From: Bispira polyomma
Lineage: Eukaryota
Direction of reading: 5' to 3'
Length of the DNA: 64,000 nt
Assembly (NCBI GenBank): GCA_965649765.1
Contig: OZ287758.1
Location: forward strand, 31,930,001 to 31,994,000
A model generated the notes under the pieces. It ran no database searches, was not told the DNA's origin, and saw only the letters and a program-made list of their open reading frames with translations. The stretch's first letter is position 1; each line of letters starts with the position of its first letter. Below, one piece after another: positions 25,012 through 37,654 of the stretch. The position numbers and the translations under genes are program-made.

Positions 25012-26296
25012 TTAAGATCCAGACTCACTGTCTTCTTCCACAATGTCTAGTAGTGGAAATCTTTGTCTTCTTTGTCGAGTTGACCGCTGTAACACTGATT
25101 CAATATTTTTTGGTTGTTCTAGACTTTGTGCTATTGGCTCCATACTATTTGCTAGATTTTGCTCTATCTGGTCCGGTCTTTCTGTACTGCTAGCTGTCAG
25201 GTTAGGAGTACTATTTTCAAGGGGATTTCCCTCCAGTTGGGCATCACCCTGGTCAGCACTAGCTTCCTTAGTTTCCTTTTCATGAAAGATATCTGAAAGA
25301 GGTGTGTCCATATTAGTTTCTGTTACATCCACAGTATGTCGGTCCTGCTCTGTGTCACTCCAGATTTCATCAATATCCTCCTCAGTAACCTTTGTACCTA
25401 ACAGTTCATCTAGTTCTTCATCAATTGGTGGTTTGACATCCCTAGATACATATGGTTTCAATCTGTTAACATGTACCATGTTTTTCAAAGGTTTCAGATC
25501 ATGGGCCCTGACAAGTTTATAATTCTTTTCATGTACTTGATTGACAATTATAAAAGGGCCTTCATATTTCCTATGAAATTTTCTGATTTCTCCCACTTTC
25601 ATAGAAGGAAAGTACACCCAGACACGCTGTCCCACTTCATATTCAATAGAATATGACTTTTTGTCATATTGTTCTTTCATTTCTCCTTGTGATGTTTCAT
25701 TTCTCCTTGTGATGTTTCATATTTTCCTGTGCTACCTCATGGGCAAATGCCAACCCCTGGACCATTTCTTTAATGTAGGCTTTATCATTTGTATTTGAAA
25801 ACTCAGGTAAACTTGGCATGGTAGTACTGATTGGGCTAAATGGTTCTGTCCCAAACATCAAATAAAAGGGTTGGTAGTGTGTTGTATCACTGCATACTGT
25901 GGTGTTATATGCGTAGCACACAGGTCTGATAAATCTGTCCCAGTCCCTGTCCCTAGCATCCACAAGTGTAGTTAGTTGTTTTACCAGAGAGTAGTTGAAT
26001 CTTTCAACTGCACCATCAGTTTGGGGATGGAATGGAGAGGTTACAAGTCGTTGCATTCCTACCAACTGAGCTGCTTCATTAACAACACGGGACACAACAT
26101 TACTTCCAAGGTCTAACAATAATTTCCTCAGAGCTGAGAAGCGAAATACTATTTCATCAACAAGAATTCGAGCTATGACATGTGCTTTGGTGTCATGAAT
26201 AGCAAAAGCTTCAACCCACTTTGTAGCATAATCAAGGAAAACAAGGATATATTTTGACCCAGAGTAAGTTTCTTTTGGTGGTCCTAGGATATCCAT
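25012..26296 (-). pseudogene. pol: Integrase (rve core, GPY/F motif, acidic tail)
   Basis: MDILGP, DYATKWVEAFA, TSPFHPQTDGAVERFN, YEGPF; frameshift caused by an exact 20-bp tandem duplication at 25681-25720. Confidence 0.93.
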
Positions 26297-26474
26297 GGCC
26301 AGCAGTCACCAGGGCAGAAACAAGGCAATGGACGTTTGACCTAAGTATTGAAAAGGCCCCGATACCAGAAAGTGTGGTCTAGTTGTCCGCGTAAGGGTAG
26401 CCGGTAGAACTAACATCGGATGATTGTATATTATCTTGCACGTTTGTTCATGTCTCATGACTTCTTATGAAATA

Positions 26475-26490
26475 CCCGGCATCTCCACCA
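26475..26490 (-). promoter_or_regulatory. tRNA-Ala primer-binding site
   Basis: TGGTGGAGATGCCGGG, identical to 11701-11716. Confidence 0.9.
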
Positions 26491-26492
26491 AT

Positions 26493-27014
26493 TATTACGA
26501 GGTTATTTTCAGTGGTCAGTCTTGACCTCTTGCTAATCAGTTTAACCCCTTATCAGCTGGGATCTTTTATCTCAGATAAGTATGAAGACAAGAAAAGATA
26601 AACTTATCACTGTCACAACATTTATTAGTAAACAGCACGACACTTACATAATAATTATCCAAGTAAGAGATGTAACCATAACAGTTACATGAATCCAAGT
26701 GACTCCCACTAAGCTTTATTAGGCTCTCTCTAGCTTCACTCCAGCCTCCACTTCAACTAACTGTGTGTCTGTGGACTAAGCTTTATATAGTTTCAATAGC
26801 AATTTTAGGATTTTGAAAGTATTTATGGAATTTAGAATGTGATGTGGGAATGGAATTTAGGGACTGCTATAACTCACTTGACACAAATGGAATGTTATGT
26901 AAAGGAATGGCACTTGACACCAATGGAATGCCTTGTTTAGGGAATAGCATGTATTGAATGTTATGTAAGAACAAGTTTTGATGGAATTTTGGTCATGGAA
27001 TTTTGGTCATAACA
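26493..27014 (-). repeat. 5' LTR of element 2
   Basis: Near-identical to 18031-18538 plus a 14-bp duplication; followed by the TSD AATG. Confidence 0.93.
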
Positions 27015-27946
27015 AATGGTCTGTTCACGTTATCTATCGAAGACTACTTGTATTGCTTCTTCGATATTGACAAAAATATTACCTAAGGATAAGTCACCGA
27101 AGCTAAATTTGGATAAAACAACTCCTAAAACAATCTCTGATAAAGCATAAAAAACTTGGATAATTATTGTTCAGTGAATCTTGGTAAGGATACTTGTGTT
27201 CATTACCAAGGCTTTCATGATGACTATTTTATTACGAAGCAAGAAAGACAATATTAGCAAAAAGAAGTAATAACCGAAAAGGTAGAAGAAGTGGTAATTT
27301 TGTTCTTCATAACTAGCGTGGACTCTTTCAAGTGTGACCCCACACTTCAATAAATAAAATAATAAAATAAACCAAATGACAAAAATCCTTTATTCCCTGT
27401 ACTTAATACCTATTTAAAGCATAGAGTACACAGCATTATACATATTAAAACAAAACAAAAAACTAAGTACATCATTATACCGGAAGACCAACCTGATAAA
27501 GTATTCCCTTTAAGTAATGTAAACAAAGGTTTCCTTTACCATAGCAAAGTTCCATACAGTGATCAACATGGAAACCTTTCACCCTGGAATACACAACTAG
27601 AACATTAAATAATCTGGCCATTGTTTTTAGATCATAACCTGCTTTTTATCTTGAGCCAGGAGGAATGTTGTTTGTACTCGTACATTGTTCAATTTAAACA
27701 GTTGTTTGAATCAGTATATCCAGTAGCTGATAAATCTTTTTATCTAGGGCCAAAATAAACTAACACAGAATTTTTTTTAGCTTGGTTTAAAATAAAGACA
27801 TTTGATCAGTGCAACTGCCTTTAGGTCAACTGACATTACATTTGTCACTCTTTGAAGTGAATTATCTAACAAACACATTGTACACATTTAATTAGAGTAG
27901 CCCACAGATGAGAAAAAGCAGAAAATAATGAGAATAATAGATATGG

Positions 27947-28445
27947 ATTGCACTTCCCAGTTTACATACATATGTAAGATAAGTGTTCATACATTCATTT
28001 AACATGCAATGTGAACAGGTTAATCCACACATCTACAATATACAACAATATAGTGAACTTATATATTAAGGTCACTTTAATTACAGATGAAGTTTATCTC
28101 TAACAGAAAAAGACTCGAGGCCACCATGAATTTAAATTAGTTAAGAGAGTGACCTAAGGTCACCTTAACTTGTAATTCTGAATTTAACCTTTAATAAAGT
28201 TTAATTAAGGTCACCATAAATAAGAGACAAGTTTTTCGTACAAAGTAAACATGGTGACTTAAGGCCACCTTAATCTAGATATTGCGATTTACTTCTACTC
28301 AACTGTTTATAATTCATACTAAGAATGTTCATAAAATAAAAATAAAAAATGTTCCTCTCTGCAATCTGATATATATTACAAAGTGAGTTTAACCGATTTA
28401 AAATGTCAGTTTAATTCTGAACTATTTTTTGACTGACAAGAAACG
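27947..28445. repeat. AAGGTCA-rich module, copy 2
   Basis: Colinear with 2715-3215. Confidence 0.8.
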
Positions 28446-28774
28446 TCATTAACTGAGAAATCCAACTATCAGGACAGGAAATTGAAGAAACCTAATATCG
28501 GCATTGTAACTGTAGGTGTCCTCCGAGAGTCGAACATCACTGCCCCCTCGGATATTAGAACAAATGCATCTGTAGTAGTTGCAAGAGTATTGCACCATGC
28601 AGACTGTGGAGGAGGCATATCCTAGGTCAAAATTTAGTGCTCCCGTGTAATGTCTGTCGAAATGGTGTCTACAACTTGCATTATTACTGTCTTAGTTTTA
28701 GGCATTTTATATTTTTTTGGTTCTGTTATCTGGTTGCATAATACACAAACAATATTATTGTATTGGTTTATCTT

Positions 28775-29293
28775 TTAAAGTGGATTTTTTTTTTGTTTTA
28801 ACGTGGAAATTGTTTTTCTATCAATCGAACAATGGTAGAAGGCTGGATTGCCAACTGAGCTTATTATAATATTGGGAGGTCGAGTTTGGGGCATCCAGAA
28901 ATCCTTAGGGCCAAAGCTTGGAGGAGTAAGATGACTAAACTTCCCAGGAAAAACAAACATGGTTCGGGTCAATTGTACTGTATCTATGGCATTATAGAAG
29001 CTGTTATTCCAGCCCAGACCGATTTCAAAATCGGCAGATACTGGTGGACTGGAATGTATTGAATCCCAATCCTCTGGGGGACCAAGCGGGGTGGTTGACC
29101 AACAAGGTTCACAATACAGTGACCGGTTGTAACAGCACAGCTTTACTGTTATACTGGCATCCCTTATTGTGGGTGTCAGGAGGTACTCATTCCCACAAGA
29201 AAGACATCGGTTTCGATAACACCTGTGACATATTCCTAATTTTGCGATTATCAAAATATTGTTCCATAAATTGCCATAATGTGACATTGGCAA
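28775..29293 (-). CDS. Accessory orfB (Cys-rich)
   Basis: CHRC, CLSCGNEY, CC, YCEPCW; frameshifted duplicate at ~31015-31530. Confidence 0.62.
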   Translation of the reverse strand: MPMSHYGNLWNNILIIAKLGICHRCYRNRCLSCGNEYLLTPTIRDASITVKLCCYNRSLYCEPCWSTTPLGPPEDWDSIHSSPPVSADFEIGLGWNNSFYNAIDTVQLTRTMFVFPGKFSHLTPPSFGPKDFWMPQTRPPNIIISSVGNPAFYHCSIDRKTISTLKQKKNPL

Positions 29294-29322
29294 GAATTAG
29301 GTCCTCCTCGTCATCAGCACTA

Positions 29323-29916
29323 TCACGTTTGTATCTGAAGTCGACACATCCCACCCCCATGAGATCCGTGGTTGGGACAATTCATAAAGATATACGTAGA
29401 GCTTGTTAAAATATTTGTTAGGATCCATGGCATGACATCACTGACTCGGTGGTATAGGTCCGCCTGATAGTGGTAGGACAAGATGTAGGCAATACTTGCC
29501 CATTGGGACCAGGTAATTTTTCCCACCCAAGCGGTCAAATGATAAAAAGTTTCCTTTGTGGTGAACTGCATATAAATGGCAGCCCTTATGATATTAACCA
29601 TGTCAGGTTTCTGAGTTCTAGGTTTTTGCCTAGAAATAAGATTAAACACAGCAATCAAAGATGTAGCTGTAAAACGTAACATATCTTTGTAGGAGTTTTT
29701 TCTACCCAAACGCTGTGCAGGGTGTTCAAAGGTTACTATGTTATCATGATTCCCTGGTTGATCCAGTAGTTTCCCTAACCGAAACCTTTTGACCGCCAAA
29801 TCTGAATAAAAAAGCAAGTCCACAAGAGGAAAATACCTTGTAAGCCCCCCAGTTGGCAATCTCAACTTAAGGTCAACAGATTCAAGATCTGGTGATGGAA
29901 TTAATTCCTGAAACAT
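29323..29916 (-). CDS. Accessory orfA
   Basis: Open 197-aa ORF homologous to 6243-6563; partial duplicate at ~31590-31830; upstream TATAAAAG at ~30190. Confidence 0.68.
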   Translation of the reverse strand: MFQELIPSPDLESVDLKLRLPTGGLTRYFPLVDLLFYSDLAVKRFRLGKLLDQPGNHDNIVTFEHPAQRLGRKNSYKDMLRFTATSLIAVFNLISRQKPRTQKPDMVNIIRAAIYMQFTTKETFYHLTAWVGKITWSQWASIAYILSYHYQADLYHRVSDVMPWILTNILTSSTYIFMNCPNHGSHGGGMCRLQIQT

Positions 29917-30482
29917 TGTTAGAATTGATACAAATTAAGTGTTGGTCAAAAGAATAAATTTTACAAGTATTTTTATTTTAATTTAATCTAGAAAAACTGC
30001 GAACTAAGTTTACACAAGTATAGTTATAATAAAAAAATGTGAAGTTTCTTCATCAAACAAGTGTGATATCCCAAAACTGAATAGTGAACTAATCTAAGAC
30101 TTTATTCTTCATAAAAATTTATTAAACAGCCGAATGGTGCCTTGGCAAAAAGAATCCCCACAAGTGGATCTGGGATAACTAGCTTCCTTTTATATACTTA
30201 TTACAGACCTTAGGGTTTTAGACAACGGAAGAAAAGAATGCAACCATGTGAAATCATATTAAGTCCCTAAATAGTTTGTTTAGAAGTATCTGTGAAAGAG
30301 ACGCTACAGCTGGTGTCATCCTGCTAATTGCATTTGTGTGGAATTATTTCATTAAGACACAAGGAATTATCATATTGAGTCCCAAATTAGTTTATTAGGA
30401 TGCATCTGTGAAAGAGTTGCTACAGCTGGTCTCATCCTGCCATTTTCATTTGTGTGGAATTATTTTATTCAGACACATATAA

Positions 30483-30944
30483 TTAACTGTAACAGTGAAC
30501 TCGCATGACAGTAGTTGCAAGAGCATTGCACAGAGCACACTGTGGAGAAGGCACTGGGCCAACAATACGCTGGCTGTTGTTAGAGAATAAATCACAAAAA
30601 TACGGGTGGTGCCGCGGATTTGTTGAATGTGAGATGCTGGTGTTGCTGGGCCGTCTTGGTTGGCTCAAGACACTTGTGGAGCCAGATGCCCATATTGGGT
30701 ATAGGTCTTTTAATTCTTTTAATTCTGTCATAAAGTGGCCATTATCAGTTCCTGAAGTCACAAAAACTCGAAGTAATGGTTTTGTTCCATATTGGGCCCC
30801 ACTAATCAGGTGTAATTCTTAAACAGAATGATGTCCATCAATAAACTCGTGACAATATCCCAGGTCAACATTTTGTGCTTCTGTGTACTGTCTGTCGGAC
30901 ATAGTGTCTATAACTTGTATTATTACTGTCTTAGTTTCAGGCAT
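30483..30944 (-). pseudogene. Accessory orfC, with an orfD-like CxxC tail
   Basis: MPETKTVIIQVI...DLGYCHEF...V*ELHLISGAQYG..LLRVFVTSG...FMTELKE aligns with orfC; one in-frame stop; acceptor at 30969. Confidence 0.6.
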
Positions 30945-32317
30945 TTTGTATTTTGTTGGTTCTGTTATCTGGTTGCATAATACACAAACAATATTATTGT
31001 ATTGGTTTATCTTTTAAACTGGAGATTTCTTTTTTCTTTTAAAATGAAGATTGTTTTTCTATCAATTGAACAATGATAAACGGCGGGATTGCCGACTCGC
31101 TTATTATAATATTGGAAGGTCGATTTCAAAAATGTGGGGCATCCAGAAATCCATAGGGTCAAAGCTTGGAGGAGTTAGATCACTAAACTGCCCAGGAAAA
31201 ACAAACATTGTTTGGGTCAATTGTATTGGCATTATAGAAGCTGTTATCCCAGCCCAGACCGATGTCAAAATCGGCAGATACCGGTGAAAAAGAATGTATT
31301 GAATCCCAATCCTCTGGGGGATCAAGCGGGGTGCTTGACCAACAAGTTTCACAATACAGTGGCCTGTTGTAACAGCATAGCTGTGCTCCCATTTGGCATC
31401 CGTTACTGTGGGTGTCTGGAGGTACTCATCCTCATAAGAAGGACATCGTATTCAGTAACACCTGGGACATGTTCCTAATTTTTCGGTTATCAGAATATTG
31501 ACCTATAAATTATCTGCGAAATTTTCATAATGTGACTTTTGCTTTCTGTTCGTCATCAGAAGGGCCAAAGTTGAGCTGATCTGAAGACAACACAACCCAT
31601 CCCCATGAAATCCGTGGTAAAGACAACTCGTAATTATCTACTTGAAACTGTTTATGACCCACTGTATGATATTATATGCGCGGTGCTATGGGTCCTCTGC
31701 ATAGTGGTAGGACAGGATGTAGGCAATATTTTCCTATTGAGACCTGGTAACTCTGCCTACCCAAGCAGTCAAATTTAAAAATGCTATCCCTGTTGTAAAA
31801 TGCATATAAATGGCAGCCCTTAAACTGTCCATAGATTTTGTTGACTGACCAATTGCTTTGTCCTAAGTCTCCTGCATCAGATTAACCTTATCTGGGGAAA
31901 AGGTTTTAGACTTCAGATTTTCTATACTCTAAGCCAATCATGCCTTAGTTTCCAACTCATCTAGGGTTTGTGGCTGTTGACCTATGACAAACATACACAT
32001 GATTATCTTTCTACTACATTTACCATTATTGTTGCAAGGTTATTCCCAGTGGTCGCCTCGACCCCTAACTCATTCGTTTAACCCAATATTTTGCTGGGAT
32101 TTTTTACCTCAGAGAAGTATGAAGACAAGAAGAGAGAAATTTGATTACTGTCACATTATTTATTAGTTAACAGTTTTATCTACTCCACTGACTGCAATCA
32201 AGCTTCTTTAAACTTTAACTAGCTGCATCTTCAGCCTCCAATTCAACTAACTGTGTGTCTCTGGGCTAAACCTTATATAGGTTCAATAGCATTTTTAGGA
32301 ATCTGAAGGTATATATA

Positions 32318-33743
32318 TGTTACAGTAAATATGTGAAATCAGTAAATACGCGTAATCCCTAAAAATTTCAGTAAATACACGTACTTACTGGTTTTGGGCC
32401 TGCATTATTTCACAAGTTTACTGGTGGTCATTTCAGTAAACACGTGTAATGTGAAAATTTCATTCAAGGGTTTTATTGACATTTAAAAGATAAATATCAG
32501 TGTTTGGTGAATTCATCAGTCTTTCTCATGAATATGATATACATGTAGTATTTGGTGGTTTGTGTTTAAAGTTATTAAAGTATCTGGATTTAGTTAGGTC
32601 GCTTCAAAGCATGCTACATCACATGCATTTTGGATTTACATTATTGTCTGTTTACACAAGTGTGGTCAAAATATTGGTTTACACATTTTAAAAACAAATT
32701 GAACACTCTTATTTGTTTTACATTTAAAATTGAATAATTATAAAACTGTGAAAATTAAATATAATTTTAAATTACTATTTTATTAAATAAAGACTAAATG
32801 TTATAAGGTACTAGTTTGTAAAACTTTCTTTTGATATTATTATAAGCAGTTAACTGTGCTTCTATAGCATCCAAATAACATCAAAGACTCTATTACATGT
32901 CTGTACAGGCCACACTAGCTTTGAAGGTAATATGATAATTAGATGAAAAGAACCCTTTATAAACCCTTCTTTTGATGTACCTAAAACTGTAAAATGTGGT
33001 TTCTGTGTAAGGTAAATCTCATTGAATACTTACAATTGCCTATATTGGATGCTATATTCAAGCAAGATCTATACATTTCAGCAAACTAAAAAAAACTTTC
33101 TTTCAAAAGATTAATATTTTCAAATGATTGAAAAAGATAAAAAATGCTGACCAAAATAAGAGTAGACATATTTACTTACTATTACCAACCACTTATACAT
33201 GTACATATTTTCTGTAATAATGTAACTAATGAATTGGTGTCCTTTACTACATTAAATATACCACATGACATGTAATATATGAAAAAATGTCTTTTATATG
33301 AACAAATCTATTTCAAAAGTCATTTTCAGGTGTAAATATATATTTTAAAGACTACTTGGAACATATTGGTGTAATAAATTGGATGATATGTATAACATAC
33401 ATTTAGGATAGACAACATAGTATATATGTACATGTAATGTGTCTAAATAAATTTACCTAAATAAAGATGGACTCTTTAATAACTTGTAAAATCACCACTA
33501 CCACATAATTATACATCATATGGATGAAAAATACTTAATGTGGCAAGTTAATCATAACTTGAAGAATAATAAGACAATTCAGTAAATACGTGAACTTACT
33601 GGACCCAAAAACCAGTAAGTACGCGTATTTACTGAAATCTTTAGGGATTAAGCGTATTTACTGATTTGGTCAGTAAATACGCGTATTTACTGAAAATTTC
33701 AGTAAATACGCGTATTTACTGATTTCACATATTTACTGTAACA
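32318..33743. mobile_element. Non-autonomous TIR DNA element inserted in the LTR
   Basis: TIR TGTTACAGTAAATATGTGAAATCAGTAAATACGCGTA at both ends; flanked by (TA)n; absent from the element 2 LTRs. Confidence 0.88.
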
Positions 33744-34468
33744 TATATATATGAAATTGAGAATGTGATGTGATATGAGATTTAAGGAATTTTATAACTC
33801 ACTTAACACCAATGGAATGCATTTACGTTATGTAAAAGATAATGGAATGCATGGAATTTTATGAAGGAATGAATGTATGCATGGAATGTTATGTAGAAAT
33901 GCAAGTGCAACTGTTAAGGAATTTTGGCAATAACAATTGCCTCTGGCCAAATTAATTGTGTCCACACAATTACTTAAAGTTTGGATAAAGGTGTAAGTAT
34001 GGCCGAGGACCATGCCCTCACTCTTAGTGAAAAACAGATACTTACACCTTTATGGCTAAATGGATACACCTCTTGAAAAGGAACACAAATATATTATGCA
34101 CACACATTTATAAGTATATAGCAGAAAACTCCTGTATTAATACAACATACAGATGATTGTAACTCACTAACCTTTCTATTACATTTACCAGTAAACTTCA
34201 GATATATAATTAAACAAAAGCTTATATAATATAATGTAAACGTTATCCATTATATGTTATTATAACTACGGTGTAAAACCTGTACCAACATTGTATACTG
34301 AATTAAATTGTACCAGTCTCCAAACTATTAAATCTGATAAGTTAAGTCTGATAAGTTCAGTTTGTGAAACACTGATGCTGTTTGGGACAATTTTATTTAC
34401 AAATTCCAGATTTGGAAATATGTACAGCTGTATAGTAAATTTTTGATTTAAAAATGCCAAAGCCAAAA

Positions 34469-35350
34469 TCAAAAAGAGTGGGGGATGATTGCAGCAAAAG
34501 TTGTTGGTATAATTGAAGCTGCATGAGAAGTAGATTCTAAATATGTCCAAATAGCATGAGATTTCCAGCATCCATGTTTTTGGATGTTTTGCAATCTTAC
34601 ATTATTATTGAAGGCCAGGGATGCTCCTGACCTTCTAAAGCAGTGAAAAGAATGATCATTTGTTGGAATGTTATTTTGTTGTAATATCTTTTTCAAAATT
34701 GCTCTTAATTTTGATTCTGTAATGCACTTTCCATTTGTTTGTGGGTCTGCTAACAATGGTGCAGTACCAGGCAATGGATATTTTTGGAAAAGTATCTTTG
34801 CAGTTGTTACTGGACATAACCATGGATTTTTCAAAGTTGGTAACTGAATAACATCTGGTTGTGTCCTTATTTGGTTGGTTTTTAACCATTTCAATACAAG
34901 ATGAATTCCTGGTGGTGAAAACACCACATCTGACCTAGTTATATGACGTGTATGATCAAACTGATTTTTTTATTGAAGGTGTCAGGTTTGATATTCTCAA
35001 AAATAAAAAAAATGCAAACAAAAATGCTATTCTATATAGTTGTGTGTAATTTATATAAATCAAACACTCCTTTTGGCCTTGGCTTATATGTGGAGGTCAA
35101 CATTATAGCCTTTTGATATGATGAGATTCTTGCATCATACAATTGCTCATCAGCTATGTGATTATGTTTAGCAAAAGACCTTATTGCTGCCAAGTAGTTA
35201 TTCACTACTTTGTAAGAAAGGTTATTTTGTTGCAAGAACTCCAAAAAGTCCAAAATGGCTGCCAAACCAAAAGTGTTTTGTAAGTTATGGTATATGCTAA
35301 ATGCCAAATATAATCTGATCTGACTGTTATATTGTCTAACTGTTCTTGGT
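34469..35350 (-). pseudogene. Tyrosine recombinase (SAM-like N-terminus plus catalytic domain)
   Basis: KTNQ, LCPV, HCFRRSGASLA...HGCWKSHAIWTY. Confidence 0.9.
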
Positions 35351-35430
35351 CTGTGTGCTGTCTTGATTCTTTTTATTGCTGTACTAGGTAGTTGTCTTGT
35401 ACTGTCTGTTGTATCTGCAATATATATTTT

Positions 35431-37654
35431 CTAAATGTCATTGTCAAGTTTAAACAATTGTATGGAAACGTCAAACATGTTAAATTTCTTACGAATTATT
35501 GTTTTTACTTCAACTATATATGTCCCTAAGTCATGCCATCTTGACAAAGTGTCAGCTATTATATTCTTTTTCCCTGCTATGTGTTGTGTGAATTTCGATG
35601 TTGTGCTCTGCACATATTAGCCATAACGGTCTCAGGCAAGTACTTAAATATGGGTCTCTTGTGTTGGATGATCGAACCACTGATACGACTGCTGAATCAT
35701 CCGACTGGATTCTTATCGTTCCGTTCTGCCATTTTTTTTGCCCATAATTTTAGAGCAATTATGACACTTACCATTTCAAAATGTACAATTTTTTTTTTTG
35801 TGTATTTTTTTTCTTTCATTGACATATACATTAGCACAATTCACAAAAACACAGTTACAATACAATAAAGAACACACTGTTACAATACAATAAAGACAAA
35901 AATCCAAACAAAACAAGATACCAAAAACCCTCGCTGTACCGTTGAATCTCATGGCAAACTTTATGAACCAATTTAAGTCTTTTCTAAAGTTTTCATCCAA
36001 TACTATTGTATTTTTACTTGTAGAATTTCGTGATACTTGTAACATTCTATTCATGAAAATTCTTGATGGTTTAATACATCTATGGATATATAAAAGTTTT
36101 CCTAACAAGGATTGGTACTTGTTTTTCTTTACCTTTTTTAAATCCTTAAAAGATATACACGTTTCATGAATACTTTGTAATTTCTCATTATCAATACTTG
36201 GCGTTTTCTCGTTAATATCTATAATTATACCCATACATGTTACTCTTTTACTTGGTTCTACTAATTTTGACTTATTAATAGGTAGACCAAGTTGGTTCAA
36301 AAGTTCAATCAGAAATTCATATGCTAAGGTTGCCTTAACTTTTTCTTGTACTAATATGAAATCATCGATGTAGTTAAATACCTTGAAATTATGTTGACGC
36401 ATTATATGCGTTATTGCGTCCGATACGCGCATAAAGACTGACGTGCCGTGTGTTAACCCGAACGTCCAAGTTAAATCTACAAAATATTTATTCTTCCATT
36501 TATATCCTAATTTAAGACTGTCTACCGGATCTATACGTAAGTTTCAAAACGCATGCGCAATATCGATTTTTGCTAACATAGCTTCATCACCTATAGTCTG
36601 TATTTCTTGTACTATTTGGTCTATTGTCGGTAATTTCAATTCAAACTCTACCTTGTCATAACTATCTTTTACTGTACAGTTGTTTACTGAAAACCCTAAT
36701 GGATGAGATAAGTTTAAAATTAAGCGTCTCTGGTCAGTGTCTTTTGGTCTTGTCAAAAGTGGTGAACAGTAAAAATATTCTGGAATCTTATTATTTGTTA
36801 TTTCTATAATAGTCCCTTTTGTCTGTTTTTTTTTTTTAAATATTTATCAATATAATCTGGATACTGATTTGCAGAAAAATGATTGTCAGTATGTTTGTTA
36901 TCTAATCTTTGTCGGTCATACAAGGAAATAGAAAATCCATATTCCAGGTATTGTAACAATAATTCGTCCTCATAATTCCACAAGTATTTTTTCCAATTTT
37001 CTATGTTCAGTCCACATTTAATCGGTATTCTTGCTGCCTTATAATTTTCCATTCCTGTTTAATTACTTTATATACATATAGCAGTTTGTCAACAGTATTT
37101 ATGTCCACTTGTTCTTTGTCTGGTCCTGTAAAGGAGAAATTAATTTTTCCTGTACTTATAAATCCATACTTCCTACAGTCTATGTCTTTTGTGTCCTTAT
37201 TTCTATTGTCATTGTCTTCTACATATTCATCCAGTCTATCCTTATCATACAATAGTAGTGTCGATATTAGTGATGAAGCATTATCTATCAGTTTATCTGT
37301 GTATTCATCTACTATTCTTGTGTGTTTCTGTTTTGTCTGTATGACTGTTCTATCTGTTTCTGTTTTTTGATTCTGTTTGTTAATTTTCCTTGTATTTTTG
37401 TTCTTTTCGTTCTGTATTATTGTCTTGTTTTTGATTATTCTCTCAAGCTCTTTGTCTGTTTGTGAGCATTGTGATGCAATCACAATGTCTCCTGACTCCT
37501 GGCTGCGAATGTGTTGTTTGCTGTATTTGTCGACATCAGCGCCTGTGAGTAGAAAAGCCGGTTCAACGTCCAGTTCGTTCCATCGAGCCAGGTCAATCTC
37601 CCCTCTTCCACGTCGTGCATGTTTGTCGCGTAGGACCCTCTCGCCACCTGTCAC
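35431..37654 (-). pseudogene. DIRS-type RT/RNase H
   Basis: RRLILNLSHP, AKIDIAHAF, YIDDF, HIAGKKNIIADTLSRW; many frameshifts. Confidence 0.9.

Larger units (their letters stand above)
18031..27014 (-). mobile_element. Element 2: two-LTR env-bearing Gypsy-like element with 4-bp TSD; gag, PR, RT and RNase H absent
   Basis: LTRs 18031-18538 and 26493-27014; TSD AATG at 18027-18030 and 27015-27018; PBS, IN, env and orfC-E. Confidence 0.93.
28500..31830 (-). mobile_element. Element 3 remnant: tandemly duplicated accessory cassette (orfA-orfB-orfC) of a third subfamily
   Basis: ~28620-29590 resembles ~30860-31820; ORFs are homologous to the element 1 cassette. No LTR, gag or env seen. Confidence 0.65.

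Noticed and set aside
22467-25656. Plus-strand ORFs over env and IN (also 37086-38245 over the YR element)
   Set aside because: Antisense shadows with no recognisable motifs and no evident conservation between copies.
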